The notes: generated by a model not told the origin, from the letters alone. 64,000 bases of DNA from an uncultured Chloroflexia bacterium (GCA_963763775.1 CAVXPZ010000001.1:451-64450); one strand, 5' to 3'; shown: positions 25,388-47,688, counted from the first letter of the stretch. Numbers and translations are program-made.

Positions 25388-25415
25388 TTGACAAGACGGA
25401 GAATCGCGATATCCT
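25388..25415 (+). promoter_or_regulatory. Candidate promoter upstream of rpoB
   Basis: TTGACA (25388-25393), 16-nt spacer, TATCCT (25410-25415). Confidence 0.4.
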
Positions 25416-25476
25416 ACTCCTTCTGTGAGCGCGGCCCTCTTTCCCCTTCCAAGCCTCCGTCAAGGAGTGGTGCTTC

Positions 25477-28983
<3,507 letters not shown>

Positions 28984-29112
28984 TCACCCTGCACCCGCAC
29001 CTGTCCCCAGCCCTGAACCGCTACCCGCGGCGCCGCGTCCCGACCGGCACGGCGTCGCCCGCTCACGGTCCGCATCGCGCAGCCGAGCCAGACGGCCGCG
29101 CGGAGGAGAACC

Positions 29113-33621
<4,509 letters not shown>

Positions 33622-33662
33622 ATCGGGGTCCTCGGGACCCACCCGGGCGGCTCGGCGCACGT

Positions 33663-33692
33663 TTGACACGCGTTCCGAGCCGCTGATAGACT
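33663..33692 (+). promoter_or_regulatory. Candidate promoter of the rpsL-rpsG-fusA-tuf (str) operon
   Basis: TTGACA (33663-33668), 18-nt spacer ending in TGA, TAGACT (33687-33692). Confidence 0.45.
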
Positions 33693-33875
33693 CCGCCTTC
33701 GTGGCCTCGGGAGGGGTCCGCCAGCGGCGTGCGCGCCGGGACCGCCAGACCACACATCGGAACAGCCTGAAACGACCCCCGCCGGAGTCCCCCAGGACCC
33801 CGGCGCCGACGGGCCGTCCGGTCCTTCGTGACCGACCACTCGACTCGACCACCGACCGAAAGGAGCAGCGTCTTC

Positions 33876-34304
33876 GTGCCGACGATCAGCCAGCTCGTGC
33901 GTCACGGGCGCCAGCGCAAGATCTCCAAGATCAAGGCGCCGGCCATGCGCAAGAACTGGAACAGCCTGCGACAGCGCCAGGTCTCGATCCCCGGCGCCCC
34001 CCAGAAGCGGGGTGTGTGTCTGCAGGTCCGGACGATGACGCCCAAGAAGCCGAACTCGGCGCTGCGCAAGATCGCGCGCGTGCGGCTCACGAACCAGATG
34101 GAGGTCACGGCCTACATCCCCGGGATCGGCCACAACCTCCAGGAGCACTCGGTCGTCCTCGTGCGCGGCGGGCGCGTGAAGGACCTCCCGTCGGTGAAGT
34201 ACCACATCATCCGCGGCACCCTCGACGCCGCCGGCGTGCGCGACCGCAAGCAGGGTCGCAGCAAGTACGGCGCGAAGGCCGCCGGCAAGCCAGGGGCTCG
34301 CTGA
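33876..34304 (+). CDS. rpsL: 30S ribosomal protein S12
   Basis: AAAGGAG upstream of GTG 33876; (M)[14 protein letters not shown]...; [10 protein letters not shown] motif. Confidence 0.95.
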   Translation: MPTISQLVRHGRQRKISKIKAPAMRKNWNSLRQRQVSIPGAPQKRGVCLQVRTMTPKKPNSALRKIARVRLTNQMEVTAYIPGIGHNLQEHSVVLVRGGRVKDLPSVKYHIIRGTLDAAGVRDRKQGRSKYGAKAAGKPGAR

Positions 34305-34305
34305 G

Positions 34306-34773
34306 ATGCCGCGTCGTACCAGCATCCCGCGCAAGTCCAAGTACGAGACGGTCCCGGCCAACCGGATGACCGCGCGGTTCTCGGCCAAGCTCATGAAGGG
34401 CGGCAAGCAGAACCTCGCGGAGCGGATCCTGCGCCAGGCCCTCGCCCGGGCCGAGGCCCAGGCCGGCCGGCCCGGCCTCGAGATCCTCGAGGCGGCGATG
34501 CGCAACGCCACCCCCATCATCGAAGTCAAGCCGCGCCGCGTCGGTGGCGCGACGTATCAGGTCCCGGTCGAGATCCGGGGCGACCGCCGCATGTCGCTCG
34601 GTGTCCGCTGGCTCGTCCAGTCGGCCCGCAAGCGCAACGGCAAGAGCATGAGCGAGAAGCTGGCCTCCGAGCTCGTCGACGCCATGAACGGCCTCGGCGC
34701 GGCGGTCAAGCGACGAGAAGACACGCACAAGATGGCGGAGGCCAACAAGGCCTTCAGCCATTTCAAGTGGTAG
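34306..34773 (+). CDS. rpsG: 30S ribosomal protein S7
   Basis: [10 protein letters not shown]...; [23 protein letters not shown]. Confidence 0.96.
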   Translation: MPRRTSIPRKSKYETVPANRMTARFSAKLMKGGKQNLAERILRQALARAEAQAGRPGLEILEAAMRNATPIIEVKPRRVGGATYQVPVEIRGDRRMSLGVRWLVQSARKRNGKSMSEKLASELVDAMNGLGAAVKRREDTHKMAEANKAFSHFKW

Positions 34774-34794
34774 ACGCGGGAGCTTAGGAAGACC

Positions 34795-36871
<2,077 letters not shown>

Positions 36872-36893
36872 GCAGGAGTCGGGAGCAGCCACG

Positions 36894-38097
<1,204 letters not shown>

Positions 38098-38104
<7 letters not shown>

Positions 38105-38406
38105 AGCAGCGGATCAGGATCCGCCTCAAGGCCTACGATCACCGCCTGCTGGATCAGTCGGCGGCCCAGATCGTGGAAACGGCCCAGCGGACCGGCGCGG
38201 ACGTCGTCGGCCCCGTGCCGCTGCCGACGCGGATCGAGAAATTCACCGTCATCCGGTCGCCGTTCATCGACAAGGACAGCCGGGAGCAGTTCGAGATCCG
38301 CACGCACAAGCGGCTCGTGGACATCCTGGACCCCTCGTCGAAGACCGTCGACGCCCTGATGCGACTCTCGCTGGCTGCGGGCGTCGACATCGAGATCAAG
38401 ATGTAA
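38098..38406 (+). CDS. rpsJ: 30S ribosomal protein S10
   Basis: [21 protein letters not shown]... Confidence 0.96.
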
Positions 38407-39017
38407 TGAGCATCGGATTGATCGGCCGCAAGGTCGGCGTGACCCAGGTCTTCCAGGACGACGGCACGATGGTGGCCGTGTCCGTGGTCGCGATCGAGCC
38501 CAACACCGTGACCCGGGTGCGCACGACCGCGCGCGACGGCTATACCGCCGTGCAGCTCGGCACCGAGGTCGTCAAGAAGCTGACCAAGCCCGAGGCGGGC
38601 CAGCTCAAGGACCTCCCCAAGGTCAAGACCATCCGGGAGTTCCGCGTCGACGACGTCGACAGCTACGAGGTCGGGCAGACGGTCGCGATCGGCGACCTCT
38701 TCGCCGAGGGCGAGCTCGTGGACGTCACGGGCGTGTCCAAGGGCAAGGGCTTCGCCGGCCACATCAAGCGCCACAACTTCCACCGCGGCCCCAAGTCGCA
38801 CGGCTCGGACCATCATCGCGAACCCGGGTCGATCGGCCCGGGCACGACCCCCGGTCGTGTCTATCGCGGCCTGAAGATGGCCGGCCACATGGGCGACGAG
38901 CGGGTCACCATCAAGAAGGTGCGCGTCGTGCGCACCGACCTCGAGCGCAACCTGCTCCTCGTCAAGGGGACCCTCCCCGGCGCGCGCGGCTCGTTGATCC
39001 TCGTGAAGAAGGCCTGA
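38406..39017 (+). CDS. rplC: 50S ribosomal protein L3
   Basis: [13 protein letters not shown]; [17 protein letters not shown]. Confidence 0.96.
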   Translation: MSIGLIGRKVGVTQVFQDDGTMVAVSVVAIEPNTVTRVRTTARDGYTAVQLGTEVVKKLTKPEAGQLKDLPKVKTIREFRVDDVDSYEVGQTVAIGDLFAEGELVDVTGVSKGKGFAGHIKRHNFHRGPKSHGSDHHREPGSIGPGTTPGRVYRGLKMAGHMGDERVTIKKVRVVRTDLERNLLLVKGTLPGARGSLILVKKA

Positions 39018-39021
39018 CACG

Positions 39022-39669
39022 ATGCCGCAGACCAATCTGTACGACCGGACGGGCAAGACCGTCGGCAGCGTGGAGCTCAGCGATGCGCTCTTCGCCGCGC
39101 CGGTGAATGCCGCCGTCCTCCACCAGGTCGTGACCGCCCAGCTCGCCGGTCGCCGGACCGGCACCGCCGACACCAAGACCCGCGGCGAGGTCCGCGGCGG
39201 CGGCAGGAAGCCGTACCGCCAGAAGGGGACCGGTCGCGCACGACAGGGCTCCATCAGCGCCCCGCACTACCGTGGCGGCGGCGTCGTGTTCGGCCCGCAC
39301 CCGCGCTCGTACGAGCAGCGGCTGCCGCGCAAGATGAAGCGCCTCGCGCTCCGCGGCGCGCTGACGGCCAAGTTCAGCGACGACGCGATCAAGGTCATCG
39401 ACACCTTCGGGCTCGACGGCATCAAGACCAAGGACCTCGTCGGCGTGCTCGGCGCGCTCCAGGCGACGGGTCGGGTCCTCGTGGTCGCCCCCGCGCGCGA
39501 CGAGCGGCTCGAGCTGTCGGCCAGGAACCTGCCGACCGTCGAGGTCATCCTCGCGGACTCGCTCAACGTCGTCGAGCTGCTGAAGGCGGACGTCGTGCTC
39601 ATCGAGCAGCCCGCGCTCGCGCGGATGGACTCGGTGTACGGCGGCGCGGCGACGGAGGTGGTCGCATGA
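39022..39669 (+). CDS. rplD: 50S ribosomal protein L4
   Basis: [39 protein letters not shown]. Confidence 0.96.
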   Translation: MPQTNLYDRTGKTVGSVELSDALFAAPVNAAVLHQVVTAQLAGRRTGTADTKTRGEVRGGGRKPYRQKGTGRARQGSISAPHYRGGGVVFGPHPRSYEQRLPRKMKRLALRGALTAKFSDDAIKVIDTFGLDGIKTKDLVGVLGALQATGRVLVVAPARDERLELSARNLPTVEVILADSLNVVELLKADVVLIEQPALARMDSVYGGAATEVVA

Positions 39670-39980
39670 GCGCCCTGACCGCGCCGGAGATCATCCTGCG
39701 CCCCGTCATCAGCGAGAAGTCGATCGACGAGTCCGGTCGCGGCAAGTACACCTTCGCCGTCCACCGCGAGGCCAACAAGATCCAGATCAAGGCCGCCGTC
39801 GAGGAGCTCTACAAGAAGGAGAACGTGACGGTCGTCGCCGTCAACGTCCTCACGACCAAGGCCAAGGAGAAGCGCCGCGGCACGCGGCGCGGCCGGATCG
39901 TCGGTCACACCACGGCTTGGCGCAAGGCCATCGTCACCCTGGCCCCCGGCCAGAAGATCGAATTCTTCGAGGGGGTGTAG
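39666..39980 (+). CDS. rplW: 50S ribosomal protein L23
   Basis: [10 protein letters not shown]...[23 protein letters not shown]. Confidence 0.95.
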   Translation: MSALTAPEIILRPVISEKSIDESGRGKYTFAVHREANKIQIKAAVEELYKKENVTVVAVNVLTTKAKEKRRGTRRGRIVGHTTAWRKAIVTLAPGQKIEFFEGV

Positions 39981-39982
39981 GC

Positions 39983-40810
39983 ATGCCGCTCCGAAGCTAC
40001 AAGCCCACGTCGCCCGGGCTCCGGCAGATGACTCGCTCGACCTTCGAGGAGATCACCACCAAGGAGCCGTACAAGCCCCTGCTCGAAGCCCAGATCCGCG
40101 GCTCCGGCCGCAACAACCAGGGCCGGATCTCCGTCCGCCATCGCGGCGGCGGGGAGAAGCAGCACTACCGCAAGATCGACTTCAAGCGCGACAAGCTGAG
40201 CGTCCCGGCGCGCCTCGCGACGATCGAGTACGACCCGAACCGCTCCGCGCGGATCGGCCTGCTCCATTACCGCGACGGCGAGAAGCGCTACATGCTCCTG
40301 CCGCACGGCCTCAAGGTGGGTGACATCGTCGTCGCCGGCCCGGATGCCGAGGCGCGCGTCGGCAATGCGCTGCCCCTGGCGAACATCCCGCTCGGCACGA
40401 CCATCCACAACATCGAGCTGGTCCCCGGCAAGGGCGGCCAGATCGTCCGGTCCGCCGGCACGGCTGCGCAGCTCCTGGCCAAGGAGGGCGACTACGCCAC
40501 CGTCCGACTCCCGTCGGGCGAGATGCGCCGCGTCCCGATGCGCTGCATGGCGACCGTCGGCCAGGTGAGCAACCTCGATCACGACAACGAGAACCTCGGC
40601 AAGGCCGGCCGGGCCCGGCATCTCGGGCAGCGGCCCGAGGTCCGAGGCGTCGTCATGAATCCACGTGACCATCCGCACGGCGGTGGTGAGGGCAAGTCCC
40701 CGACCGGGATGCCGCCCAAGACCCCGTGGGGCAAGCCCGCCATGGGCTATCGCACCCGGCGGTCGAAGACGACCGGACGACTCATCGTCCGATCGCGGCA
40801 TCGCAAGTAG
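39983..40810 (+). CDS. rplB: 50S ribosomal protein L2
   Basis: ATG 39983 gives [16 protein letters not shown]; [16 protein letters not shown] motif. Confidence 0.96.
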   Translation: MPLRSYKPTSPGLRQMTRSTFEEITTKEPYKPLLEAQIRGSGRNNQGRISVRHRGGGEKQHYRKIDFKRDKLSVPARLATIEYDPNRSARIGLLHYRDGEKRYMLLPHGLKVGDIVVAGPDAEARVGNALPLANIPLGTTIHNIELVPGKGGQIVRSAGTAAQLLAKEGDYATVRLPSGEMRRVPMRCMATVGQVSNLDHDNENLGKAGRARHLGQRPEVRGVVMNPRDHPHGGGEGKSPTGMPPKTPWGKPAMGYRTRRSKTTGRLIVRSRHRK

Positions 40811-40827
40811 CGGGGAGGTAGGAGCTG

Positions 40828-41112
40828 ATGTCCCGTTCAGTCAAGAAGGGTCCTTTCGTCGAGGCCCGCCTCCTCGGTCGCATCGAGGAGATGAACAAGC
40901 GAAGCGAGAAGAAGGTCGTCAAGACCTGGTCGCGCGCGTCGGTCATCTTCCCGACGTTCATCGGCCACACGATCGCTGTCTACAACGGCAAGAAGCACGT
41001 CCCGGTCTACGTGACCGAGAACATGGTCGGCCATCGCCTTGGTGAGTTCAGCCCGACCCGCAACTATCGCGGGCACGGGAAGCACACCGAGCGGTCCGCG
41101 GCGCTGAAGTAG
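40828..41112 (+). CDS. rpsS: 30S ribosomal protein S19
   Basis: [11 protein letters not shown]...[17 protein letters not shown]. Confidence 0.96.
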   Translation: MSRSVKKGPFVEARLLGRIEEMNKRSEKKVVKTWSRASVIFPTFIGHTIAVYNGKKHVPVYVTENMVGHRLGEFSPTRNYRGHGKHTERSAALK

Positions 41113-41125
41113 GAGCGAGCCGACC

Positions 41126-41464
41126 GTGCGTGTTTCCGCCACCGCCAAGTACCTTCGCGGCTCGACCCGCAAGACCCGACTGGTCACCCAGGCCATCAAG
41201 GGCAAGCCCGTCGAGGAAGCCGCGGCACTGCTCAAGTTCATGCCGCAGTACGCGGCCCGTGACGTCGCGCGCGTCCTCAAGAGCGCGACGGCCAATGCCG
41301 AGAACAACCACAACCTGTCGGCGGAGGACCTCATCGTCTTCGATGCGGTCGCCGACGAGGGTCCGACGATCAAGCGGTTCCAGCCGCGAGCGCAGGGTCG
41401 GGCGTTCCCGATCCACAAGCCCATGACGCACATCACGATCGTCGTCGCGGACCAGGAGGCCTGA
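41126..41464 (+). CDS. rplV: 50S ribosomal protein L22
   Basis: ATAKYLRGSTRKTRLV; RFQPRAQGRAFPIHKPMTHITI. Confidence 0.95.
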   Translation: MRVSATAKYLRGSTRKTRLVTQAIKGKPVEEAAALLKFMPQYAARDVARVLKSATANAENNHNLSAEDLIVFDAVADEGPTIKRFQPRAQGRAFPIHKPMTHITIVVADQEA

Positions 41465-41465
41465 T

Positions 41466-42149
41466 ATGGGACACAAGGTCCATCCGTACGGCTTCCGCCT
41501 GGGTGTCTCGCGCACCTGGACCGCGAAGTGGTACGCGGATGACAAGGAATACACGTCCTCCCTCAAGGAGGACATCAAGATCCGCCAGCTCATCGATCGC
41601 CGGCTGGCCAACGCCAGCGTCAGCGGCGTCGAGGTCGAGCGCGGCATCAACCACGTGACGGTCACGATCCACACCGCCAAGCCGGGCATCGTCATCGGCA
41701 AGGGCGGGGCCAACGTGGAAGTGCTCCGCCAGCAGGTCGGCGCGCTCACGGACCGCAAGGTCAAGCTGGAGATCAAGGAGATCCGCCAGCCGGAGCTCGA
41801 CGCGTACCTCGTCGCCATGAACATCGCCGGGCAGCTGAGCCGCCGCATCGCCTTCAAGAAGGCGATGAAGCAGGCCATCCAGCGCTCGATGAAGGCCGGC
41901 GCCAAGGGCGTGAAGATCGCCGTCGCGGGGCGCCTCGGCGGCTCCGAGATGGGCCGTCGCGAGTGGGACAAGGAAGGCCGCATCCCGCTCGGGACGCTCC
42001 GTGCCGACATCAGCTACGGCCAGGTCCACGCCCACACGACCTACGGTCGGATCGGCGTGAAGGTCTGGATCTACCGCGGCGACATCGCCCCCGAGCGGAC
42101 GCCCGCGCGCGACCTGAACGTCCCGGCCCCGGCCGGGCAGGGGGCCTGA
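41466..42149 (+). CDS. rpsC: 30S ribosomal protein S3
   Basis: [13 protein letters not shown]; KH domain [12 protein letters not shown]. Confidence 0.96.
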   Translation: MGHKVHPYGFRLGVSRTWTAKWYADDKEYTSSLKEDIKIRQLIDRRLANASVSGVEVERGINHVTVTIHTAKPGIVIGKGGANVEVLRQQVGALTDRKVKLEIKEIRQPELDAYLVAMNIAGQLSRRIAFKKAMKQAIQRSMKAGAKGVKIAVAGRLGGSEMGRREWDKEGRIPLGTLRADISYGQVHAHTTYGRIGVKVWIYRGDIAPERTPARDLNVPAPAGQGA

Positions 42150-42152
42150 GCC

Positions 42153-42575
42153 ATGCTGATGCCGAAGCGGGTCAAGCACCGCAAGGTCATGCGCGGCCGG
42201 ATGTCCGGCGTCGCCAAGGGCGGCCACACGGTCGCATTCGGCGAGTACGGCCTGGCCACGCAGGAACCCGCCTGGATCACCAGCCGCCAGATCGAGGCCG
42301 CACGACGCGCGATGACCCGCTCGGTCAAGCGCGGCGGCAAGATCTGGATCCGGATCTTCCCGGACAAGCCGGCGACCAAGAAGCCTGCCGAGACCCGGAT
42401 GGGCTCGGGCAAGGGCGCACCCGACCATTGGGTCGCGGTGGTCAAGCCCGGCCGGATCCTGTTCGAGATGGCCGGCGTCGATCACGACTCGGCGATCGAG
42501 GCGATGCGCCTCGCGAGCCACAAGCTTCCGGTCGCCACGCGCGTGGTCGTCCGCGAAGGCGCGAAGGAGGCTTGA
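42153..42575 (+). CDS. rplP: 50S ribosomal protein L16
   Basis: [17 protein letters not shown]...; [26 protein letters not shown]. Confidence 0.96.
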   Translation: MLMPKRVKHRKVMRGRMSGVAKGGHTVAFGEYGLATQEPAWITSRQIEAARRAMTRSVKRGGKIWIRIFPDKPATKKPAETRMGSGKGAPDHWVAVVKPGRILFEMAGVDHDSAIEAMRLASHKLPVATRVVVREGAKEA

Positions 42576-42578
42576 CCG

Positions 42579-42779
42579 ATGGATATCGACAAGGCCCGCG
42601 CGCTGTCCGACGCGGAGCTCGAGCAGGCGCTGCGCGACGCGAAGCAGGACCTGTGGGGCGCGCGATTCGCGCTCTCCACCCGACAACTGAAGGACTTCAG
42701 CACGATCCCGCAGACGCGGCGAACGATCGCGCGGATCCTGACCGTCCAGCGCGAGCGCAAGCTCGGCCGGACGGCGTGA
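42579..42779 (+). CDS. rpmC: 50S ribosomal protein L29
   Basis: 66 aa, [22 protein letters not shown]; position between rplP and rpsQ. Confidence 0.93.
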   Translation: MDIDKARALSDAELEQALRDAKQDLWGARFALSTRQLKDFSTIPQTRRTIARILTVQRERKLGRTA

Positions 42780-42792
42780 GGGAGATCACGCG

Positions 42793-43200
42793 ATGACAGG
42801 AGCGAACACCCACGTGCAAGGGCAGCGGAAGACGAAGGTCGGCCGCGTGGTCAGCGACAAGATGGACAAGACGATCGTCGTGTCCGTCGAGCGGCTGGCG
42901 CGCCACCGGCTGTACAAGCGGGTCATCCGCTTGACGACGAAATTCAAGGCGCACGATGAGGCCAACGACGCCCACATCGGCGACACCGTCCTCATCGAGG
43001 AGTCCCGGCCGTTGTCGGCGACGAAGCGCTGGCGGCTCGTCAGCGTGATCGCCCGCGCCGGCGAGCACGGGCTGCCCGGCGAGGCCGTGGTCGGCGAGGA
43101 AGACGCCACCTCGGAGGCGATCCATTCGTCCGCCCATCCCGGCCGTGACCGCGCGGCCGCCGAGGCCGAGGCCGCCGCGAGCGAGGAGGCCGGGTCGTGA
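42793..43200 (+). CDS. rpsQ: 30S ribosomal protein S17 with an acidic C-terminal extension of about 45 aa
   Basis: [31 protein letters not shown]...KRWRLV, then an extra tail up to the GTGA overlap with rplN. Confidence 0.93.
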   Translation: MTGANTHVQGQRKTKVGRVVSDKMDKTIVVSVERLARHRLYKRVIRLTTKFKAHDEANDAHIGDTVLIEESRPLSATKRWRLVSVIARAGEHGLPGEAVVGEEDATSEAIHSSAHPGRDRAAAEAEAAASEEAGS

Positions 43201-43565
43201 TCCAGTCGCAGACCCGCCTCAAGGTCGCCGACAACACCGGCGCTCGCACCATCCAGTGCATCCGGGTCATGGGTCGGTCGCTCAAGACCGAGGCCGGCGT
43301 CGGCGACGTCATCGTGGCCAGCGTCAAGCAGGCCATCCCGAACGCCGCCGTCAAGAAGGGTGACGTCGTCCGCGCCGTCATCGTCCGCACGGCCAAGGAG
43401 TACGGCCGCCCGGACGGGAGCTACATCCGCTTCGACGAGAACGCGGCCGTCCTGATCAACAACCAGGGCAACCCGCGCGGCACGCGCATCTTCGGCCCGG
43501 TGGCGCGCGAGCTGCGCGACCGCAACTACATGAAGATCGTGTCGCTCGCCCCGGAGGTGCTGTGA
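43197..43565 (+). CDS. rplN: 50S ribosomal protein L14
   Basis: (M)[16 protein letters not shown]...; [30 protein letters not shown]. Confidence 0.96.
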   Translation: MIQSQTRLKVADNTGARTIQCIRVMGRSLKTEAGVGDVIVASVKQAIPNAAVKKGDVVRAVIVRTAKEYGRPDGSYIRFDENAAVLINNQGNPRGTRIFGPVARELRDRNYMKIVSLAPEVL

Positions 43566-43999
43566 TGGCCGTCCGGACCGAGACCCGGGGCACCAAGGTG
43601 CCCGAGATCCGCAAGGGCGACACCGTCGTCGTGCTCGCCGGCAAGGACGCCGGCAAGACCGGCAAGGTGGATCGCATCATCCGTCGCGAACCCGCCCAGG
43701 GCGGCCGCAGCATGTACCGGCGCGGTTCCGCGGCCGGTGGCGTGACCGTGGTCGTCGAGGGCGTCAACATCGCCAAGCGGCATACCAAGCCGCGACAGAC
43801 CTCGAGCGCGACGGATCGCATGCCCAAGATCCAGCAGGGCGGGATCCTCGACATCGCCCAGCCCATGCCCATCGGCAAGGTCATGGTCGTGTGCGGCAGC
43901 TGCCACAAGCCCACCCGGATCGGGCATCAGACGCTCGAGACCGGTCAGCGCGTGCGCGTCTGCAAGCACTGCGGCCAGCAGCTGGAGGTCAAGGCATGA
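43562..43999 (+). CDS. rplX: 50S ribosomal protein L24 (145 aa, with insertions and a C-terminal CxxC...CxxC motif)
   Basis: KOW motif [21 protein letters not shown]; [12 protein letters not shown]; C-terminal [28 protein letters not shown]. Confidence 0.92.
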   Translation: MMAVRTETRGTKVPEIRKGDTVVVLAGKDAGKTGKVDRIIRREPAQGGRSMYRRGSAAGGVTVVVEGVNIAKRHTKPRQTSSATDRMPKIQQGGILDIAQPMPIGKVMVVCGSCHKPTRIGHQTLETGQRVRVCKHCGQQLEVKA

Positions 44000-44538
44000 C
44001 CGCCCGTCTGCAGGAGCGCTACACGGCCGAGGTCGTGCCCGCCCTCCAGAAGCAGTTCGAGTACGCGAACCCGAACCAGGTGCCGCGGCTCACGAAGATC
44101 GTCGTCAACATCGGCCTCGGCGAGGCGCTGTCGAACGCGAAGGCGCTCGATGCGGCCCTCGGCGACCTCACGACCATCACGGGCCAGAAGCCCATCGTGA
44201 CCAAGGCGAAGAAGTCGATCGCCCAGTTCCGCGTCCGGACGGGCAACTCGATCGGCGCCAAGGTCACCCTCCGCGGCGAGCGGATGTGGGACTTCCTGGA
44301 CCGGCTGACGTTGCTCGCCCTGCCGCGCATCCGCGACTTCCGGGGGATCCCCAGCAAGTCGTTCGATGGGCGGGGCAACTACTCCCTCGGGATGCGCGAG
44401 CAGCTCGCGTTCCCCGAGATCGACTACGACAAGGTGGACCGTCTCCGCGGGCTGGAGATCAGCATCGTGACGACGGCGAAGACCGACGAGGAGTCCAAGA
44501 AGCTTCTTGAACTCCTCGGCATGCCCTTCGCCTCGTAG
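43996..44538 (+). CDS. rplE: 50S ribosomal protein L5
   Basis: ATG 43996 gives [44 protein letters not shown]. Confidence 0.96.
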   Translation: MTARLQERYTAEVVPALQKQFEYANPNQVPRLTKIVVNIGLGEALSNAKALDAALGDLTTITGQKPIVTKAKKSIAQFRVRTGNSIGAKVTLRGERMWDFLDRLTLLALPRIRDFRGIPSKSFDGRGNYSLGMREQLAFPEIDYDKVDRLRGLEISIVTTAKTDEESKKLLELLGMPFAS

Positions 44539-44555
44539 GCGCGGGGAGGAGACAG

Positions 44556-44741
44556 ATGGCCAAGAAGTCGATGGTCGCCAAGGCGGCCCGAACACCCAAG
44601 CACAAGGTCCGCGGGTATCACCGCTGTTTCGTGTGCGGTCGCCCGCGCGCGTACATGCGACGGTTCGCGCTCTGCCGCATCTGCTTCCGAGAGCGGGCGC
44701 TGCGCGGCGAGCTGCCCGGCGTCACCAAGTCGAGTTGGTAG
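44556..44741 (+). CDS. rpsN: 30S ribosomal protein S14, type Z (zinc-binding, 61 aa)
   Basis: [23 protein letters not shown] Cys4 motif; ends ...GVTKSSW. Confidence 0.95.
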   Translation: MAKKSMVAKAARTPKHKVRGYHRCFVCGRPRAYMRRFALCRICFRERALRGELPGVTKSSW

Positions 44742-44748
44742 GAACACG

Positions 44749-45147
44749 ATGAACATCTCCGATCCGATCGCGGACATGCTCACCCGGGTCCGGAACGCCT
44801 CGCGCGCCCGGCACACCGAGGTGGTCGTCCCGGCGTCGCGGACCAAGCGCGAGATCGCTCGCATCCTCAAGGACGAGGGCTTCATCGCCGACGTCACCGA
44901 GGAGCAGGACGGCTCCGCCGCGGTCCTCCGACTGACCCTCAAGTATGTCGATGGCAAGGTCCCGGTCGTCTCCGGGCTCAAGCGCATCAGCAAGCCCGGC
45001 CTGCGGGTCTACGCCCGCAAGACGGACATCCCTCGGGTGCTGGGCGGCCTGGGCATCGTCATCGTCAGTACCAGCCAGGGCATCATGACCGGCCAGCAGG
45101 CGCGTCAGGCGCAGCTGGGCGGCGAAGTCCTCGCGTTCGTCTGGTAG
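44749..45147 (+). CDS. rpsH: 30S ribosomal protein S8
   Basis: [13 protein letters not shown]...; [13 protein letters not shown]. Confidence 0.96.
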   Translation: MNISDPIADMLTRVRNASRARHTEVVVPASRTKREIARILKDEGFIADVTEEQDGSAAVLRLTLKYVDGKVPVVSGLKRISKPGLRVYARKTDIPRVLGGLGIVIVSTSQGIMTGQQARQAQLGGEVLAFVW

Positions 45148-45156
45148 GCGAGGACC

Positions 45157-45708
45157 ATGTCGCGTATCGGTCGTCTTCCCATCGCCGTCCCTGCCACGGT
45201 CGACGTGACCATCGACGGGCGCACGCTCACGGTCAAGGGCCCGAAGGGCACCCTGACCCGGTCGTTGCACCCGGACATGTCGGTCACGCGCGAGGAGGCC
45301 ACGCTCGTGGTCACCCGCCCGACCGAGCAGAAGACGCACAAGCAGCTGCACGGGCTCACGCGGACCCTCGTGAACAACATGGTCATCGGGGTCAGTGACG
45401 GCTATCGCAAGGGGCTGGAGATCACCGGCGTCGGCTATCGAGCCGCGCTCAACGGTCGCAAGCTCCAGCTCAACCTGGGCTACAGCCACCCGATCGAGAT
45501 CGACCCGCCCGAGGGCATCAGCTTCGAGGTCGAGACGCCCACGCGCCTCGCCGTCGTCGGGATCGACAAGGAGCTCGTCGGCCAGGTGGCCGCGACCGTC
45601 CGGTCGACCCGGAAGCCGGAGCCGTACAAGGGCAAGGGCGTCCGCTACGCGGGCGAGCAGATCCGCCGCAAGGCCGGCAAGGCCGGCAAGATCGGCGGCA
45701 AGAAGTGA
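45157..45708 (+). CDS. rplF: 50S ribosomal protein L6
   Basis: [33 protein letters not shown]. Confidence 0.96.
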   Translation: MSRIGRLPIAVPATVDVTIDGRTLTVKGPKGTLTRSLHPDMSVTREEATLVVTRPTEQKTHKQLHGLTRTLVNNMVIGVSDGYRKGLEITGVGYRAALNGRKLQLNLGYSHPIEIDPPEGISFEVETPTRLAVVGIDKELVGQVAATVRSTRKPEPYKGKGVRYAGEQIRRKAGKAGKIGGKK

Positions 45709-45736
45709 TCTCGAGCACCGACAAGGAACGAACACG

Positions 45737-46099
45737 ATGACGCAGGTCGCCAGTCGCGGCGCCGCCCGACGCAAGCGCCACGAACGGATCCGCCTTCACC
45801 TGACGGGGACCGAGCAGCGCCCGCGCCTCGCGGTCTTCCGCAGCCTCAACCACATCTACGCCCAGGTCATCGACGACGCGTCCGGCCGGACGCTCGCCGC
45901 GGCATCGACCGTCGAGAAGGAGCTTCGCGGCTCCAAGTCGACCAAGTCGGAGGAGGCAGCCGTCGTCGGCCGCCTCATCGCCGAGCGAGCGAAGAAGGCG
46001 GGCGTCGGCCAGGTGGTCTTCGATCGAGCCGGGTTCCGGTACCACGGGCGGATCAAGTCGCTCGCCGATGCCGCCCGCGAAGCCGGCCTCGACTTCTGA
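45737..46099 (+). CDS. rplR: 50S ribosomal protein L18
   Basis: ATG 45737; RRKRHERIR...[20 protein letters not shown]. Confidence 0.95.
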   Translation: MTQVASRGAARRKRHERIRLHLTGTEQRPRLAVFRSLNHIYAQVIDDASGRTLAAASTVEKELRGSKSTKSEEAAVVGRLIAERAKKAGVGQVVFDRAGFRYHGRIKSLADAAREAGLDF

Positions 46100-46114
46100 T
46101 CGGAAGGAGCCAAC

Positions 46115-46654
46115 GTGGCACGCATCGACGCATCGAAACTCGCGCTCGAGGAGCGCGTCGTCCAGATCAACCGGGTCGCCAAGGTCGTCAAGGGCGGCCG
46201 GCGGTTCAGCTTCAGCGCGGTCGTCGTCGTCGGTGACGGCGCGGGCCACGTCGGCGCCGGACTCGGCAAGGCCGGCGAGGTCCCGGAGTCCATCCGGAAG
46301 GGCGTCGAGGACGCCAAGAAGAACGTGATCAAGATCCCGATGGTCGGCACGACGATCCCCCACGAGGTGACCGTGCGGTTCGGCGCGAGCCGGGTGATGC
46401 TGAAGCCGGCCTCGCAGGGGACCGGCGTCATCGCGGGCGGTTCCGTCCGCGCCGTGCTCGAAGCGGCCGGCGTCCGCGACATCCTCTCGAAGACGTACGG
46501 GTCGACCAACCCGGTCAACGTCACGCGAGCCACGATCGAAGCGCTGCGTGAGCTGCACTCCGCCGAGGAGCTCAGCGCTCGTCGCGGCGTCCGACTCGTG
46601 AGCCGGATCGCGGGCCAGCCGGCGCCCGGCACGGAGGTGCGCGATGCCCGGTAA
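46115..46654 (+). CDS. rpsE: 30S ribosomal protein S5
   Basis: [33 protein letters not shown]. Confidence 0.96.
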   Translation: MARIDASKLALEERVVQINRVAKVVKGGRRFSFSAVVVVGDGAGHVGAGLGKAGEVPESIRKGVEDAKKNVIKIPMVGTTIPHEVTVRFGASRVMLKPASQGTGVIAGGSVRAVLEAAGVRDILSKTYGSTNPVNVTRATIEALRELHSAEELSARRGVRLVSRIAGQPAPGTEVRDAR

Positions 46655-46874
46655 GCTCAAGGTGACCCAGGTCCGCAGCGAGATCAGCCACATCAAGCGC
46701 AATCGCGCGACGGCGCGGGCCCTCGGCCTGCACGGGATCGGGAGCACCAGCATCATCACGGACAACCCCGCCACGCGCGGCATGGTCCGCCAGGTCCGCT
46801 TCCTCGTGACCGTCGAGGAGCTGGACGAGAACGGCAAGGCCGTGACCCCGGCGGCCGACGAGGACAAGGCATGA
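46644..46874 (+). CDS. rpmD: 50S ribosomal protein L30 (with a short acidic tail)
   Basis: [32 protein letters not shown]. Confidence 0.93.
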   Translation: MPGKLKVTQVRSEISHIKRNRATARALGLHGIGSTSIITDNPATRGMVRQVRFLVTVEELDENGKAVTPAADEDKA

Positions 46875-47685
46875 AGCTCCACGACCTGCGCCCCGCCGAG
46901 GGTGCGCACAAGCCGCGAACCCGCGTCGGCCGCGGCATCGCCGCCGGCAAGGGCAAGACGGCCGGCCGCGGCACCAAGGGCCAGAAGGCTCGGGCCGGCG
47001 GCTCGATCCCGCCCTGGTTCGAGGGCGGCCAGACGCCGCTCCACATGCGGATCCCGAAGCTGCGCGGCTTCAAGAACCGTGGCCGCGTGGAGTTCGAGGT
47101 CGTGAACGTCGGCGCCATCAACGACCTCGTCGAGCGCGGCGCGTTCGAGACCGAGGCGCCCAAGGGCGCCAAGGCGAAGGCCGCCGCCTCCGCGCAGATC
47201 ACGATCAACCAGGACATCCTGCGGGCCGTCGGGCTCGTCCGGACGCTCAACAAGCCGCTCAAGATCCTCGGCGGCGGCGAGCTCACCGCCGCCGCTGTTC
47301 GTCGTCGCCGATGCGTTCACCGCGTCCGCCCGGACGAAGATCGAGTCGGCCGGCGGCGTCGTCAACGTCCTCGAGGTCCCGACCACGGCCACGCCGGCGC
47401 TCAAGGGCGCCCGTCCCGAGGCCGCCGCGACCCCTGTCGAGGCTCCGGAGGCGACGACCCCGAAGGCCGAGAAGCCGCCGAAGGCCGCCAAGGCGCCGAA
47501 GGCCCAGAAGGTCGTCGAGACCGAGCCCGAGGCGGTCGCGGAGCCCGTCGTCGACGCGGAGACCGACCGAGACCGAGGCTGCGGTCCTCGCGGCCCCTGA
47601 CGCGGAGGCCGCGTCCGAGAGTCCTGCCGCCGTGGAGGCCGAGTCGGCCGACGAGGCCGAGCCGACATCCGGCGACGACGCCTAG
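46871..47685 (+). pseudogene. rplO: 50S ribosomal protein L15 with an Ala/Lys/Pro/Glu-rich C-terminal tail; frame broken near 47288-47295 and possibly again near 47565-47570 as written
   Basis: [34 protein letters not shown]...[10 protein letters not shown] is in one frame. The conserved continuation [27 protein letters not shown] is in the next frame. Confidence 0.85.
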
Positions 47686-47688
47686 CCC

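Noticed and set aside
33622-33662. Terminator after rpoC (GGGTCC-TCG-GGACCC at 33626-33640)
   Set aside because: The stem is only 6 bp and has no U-tract, which is too weak to call. The operon-end repeat element is not present here either.
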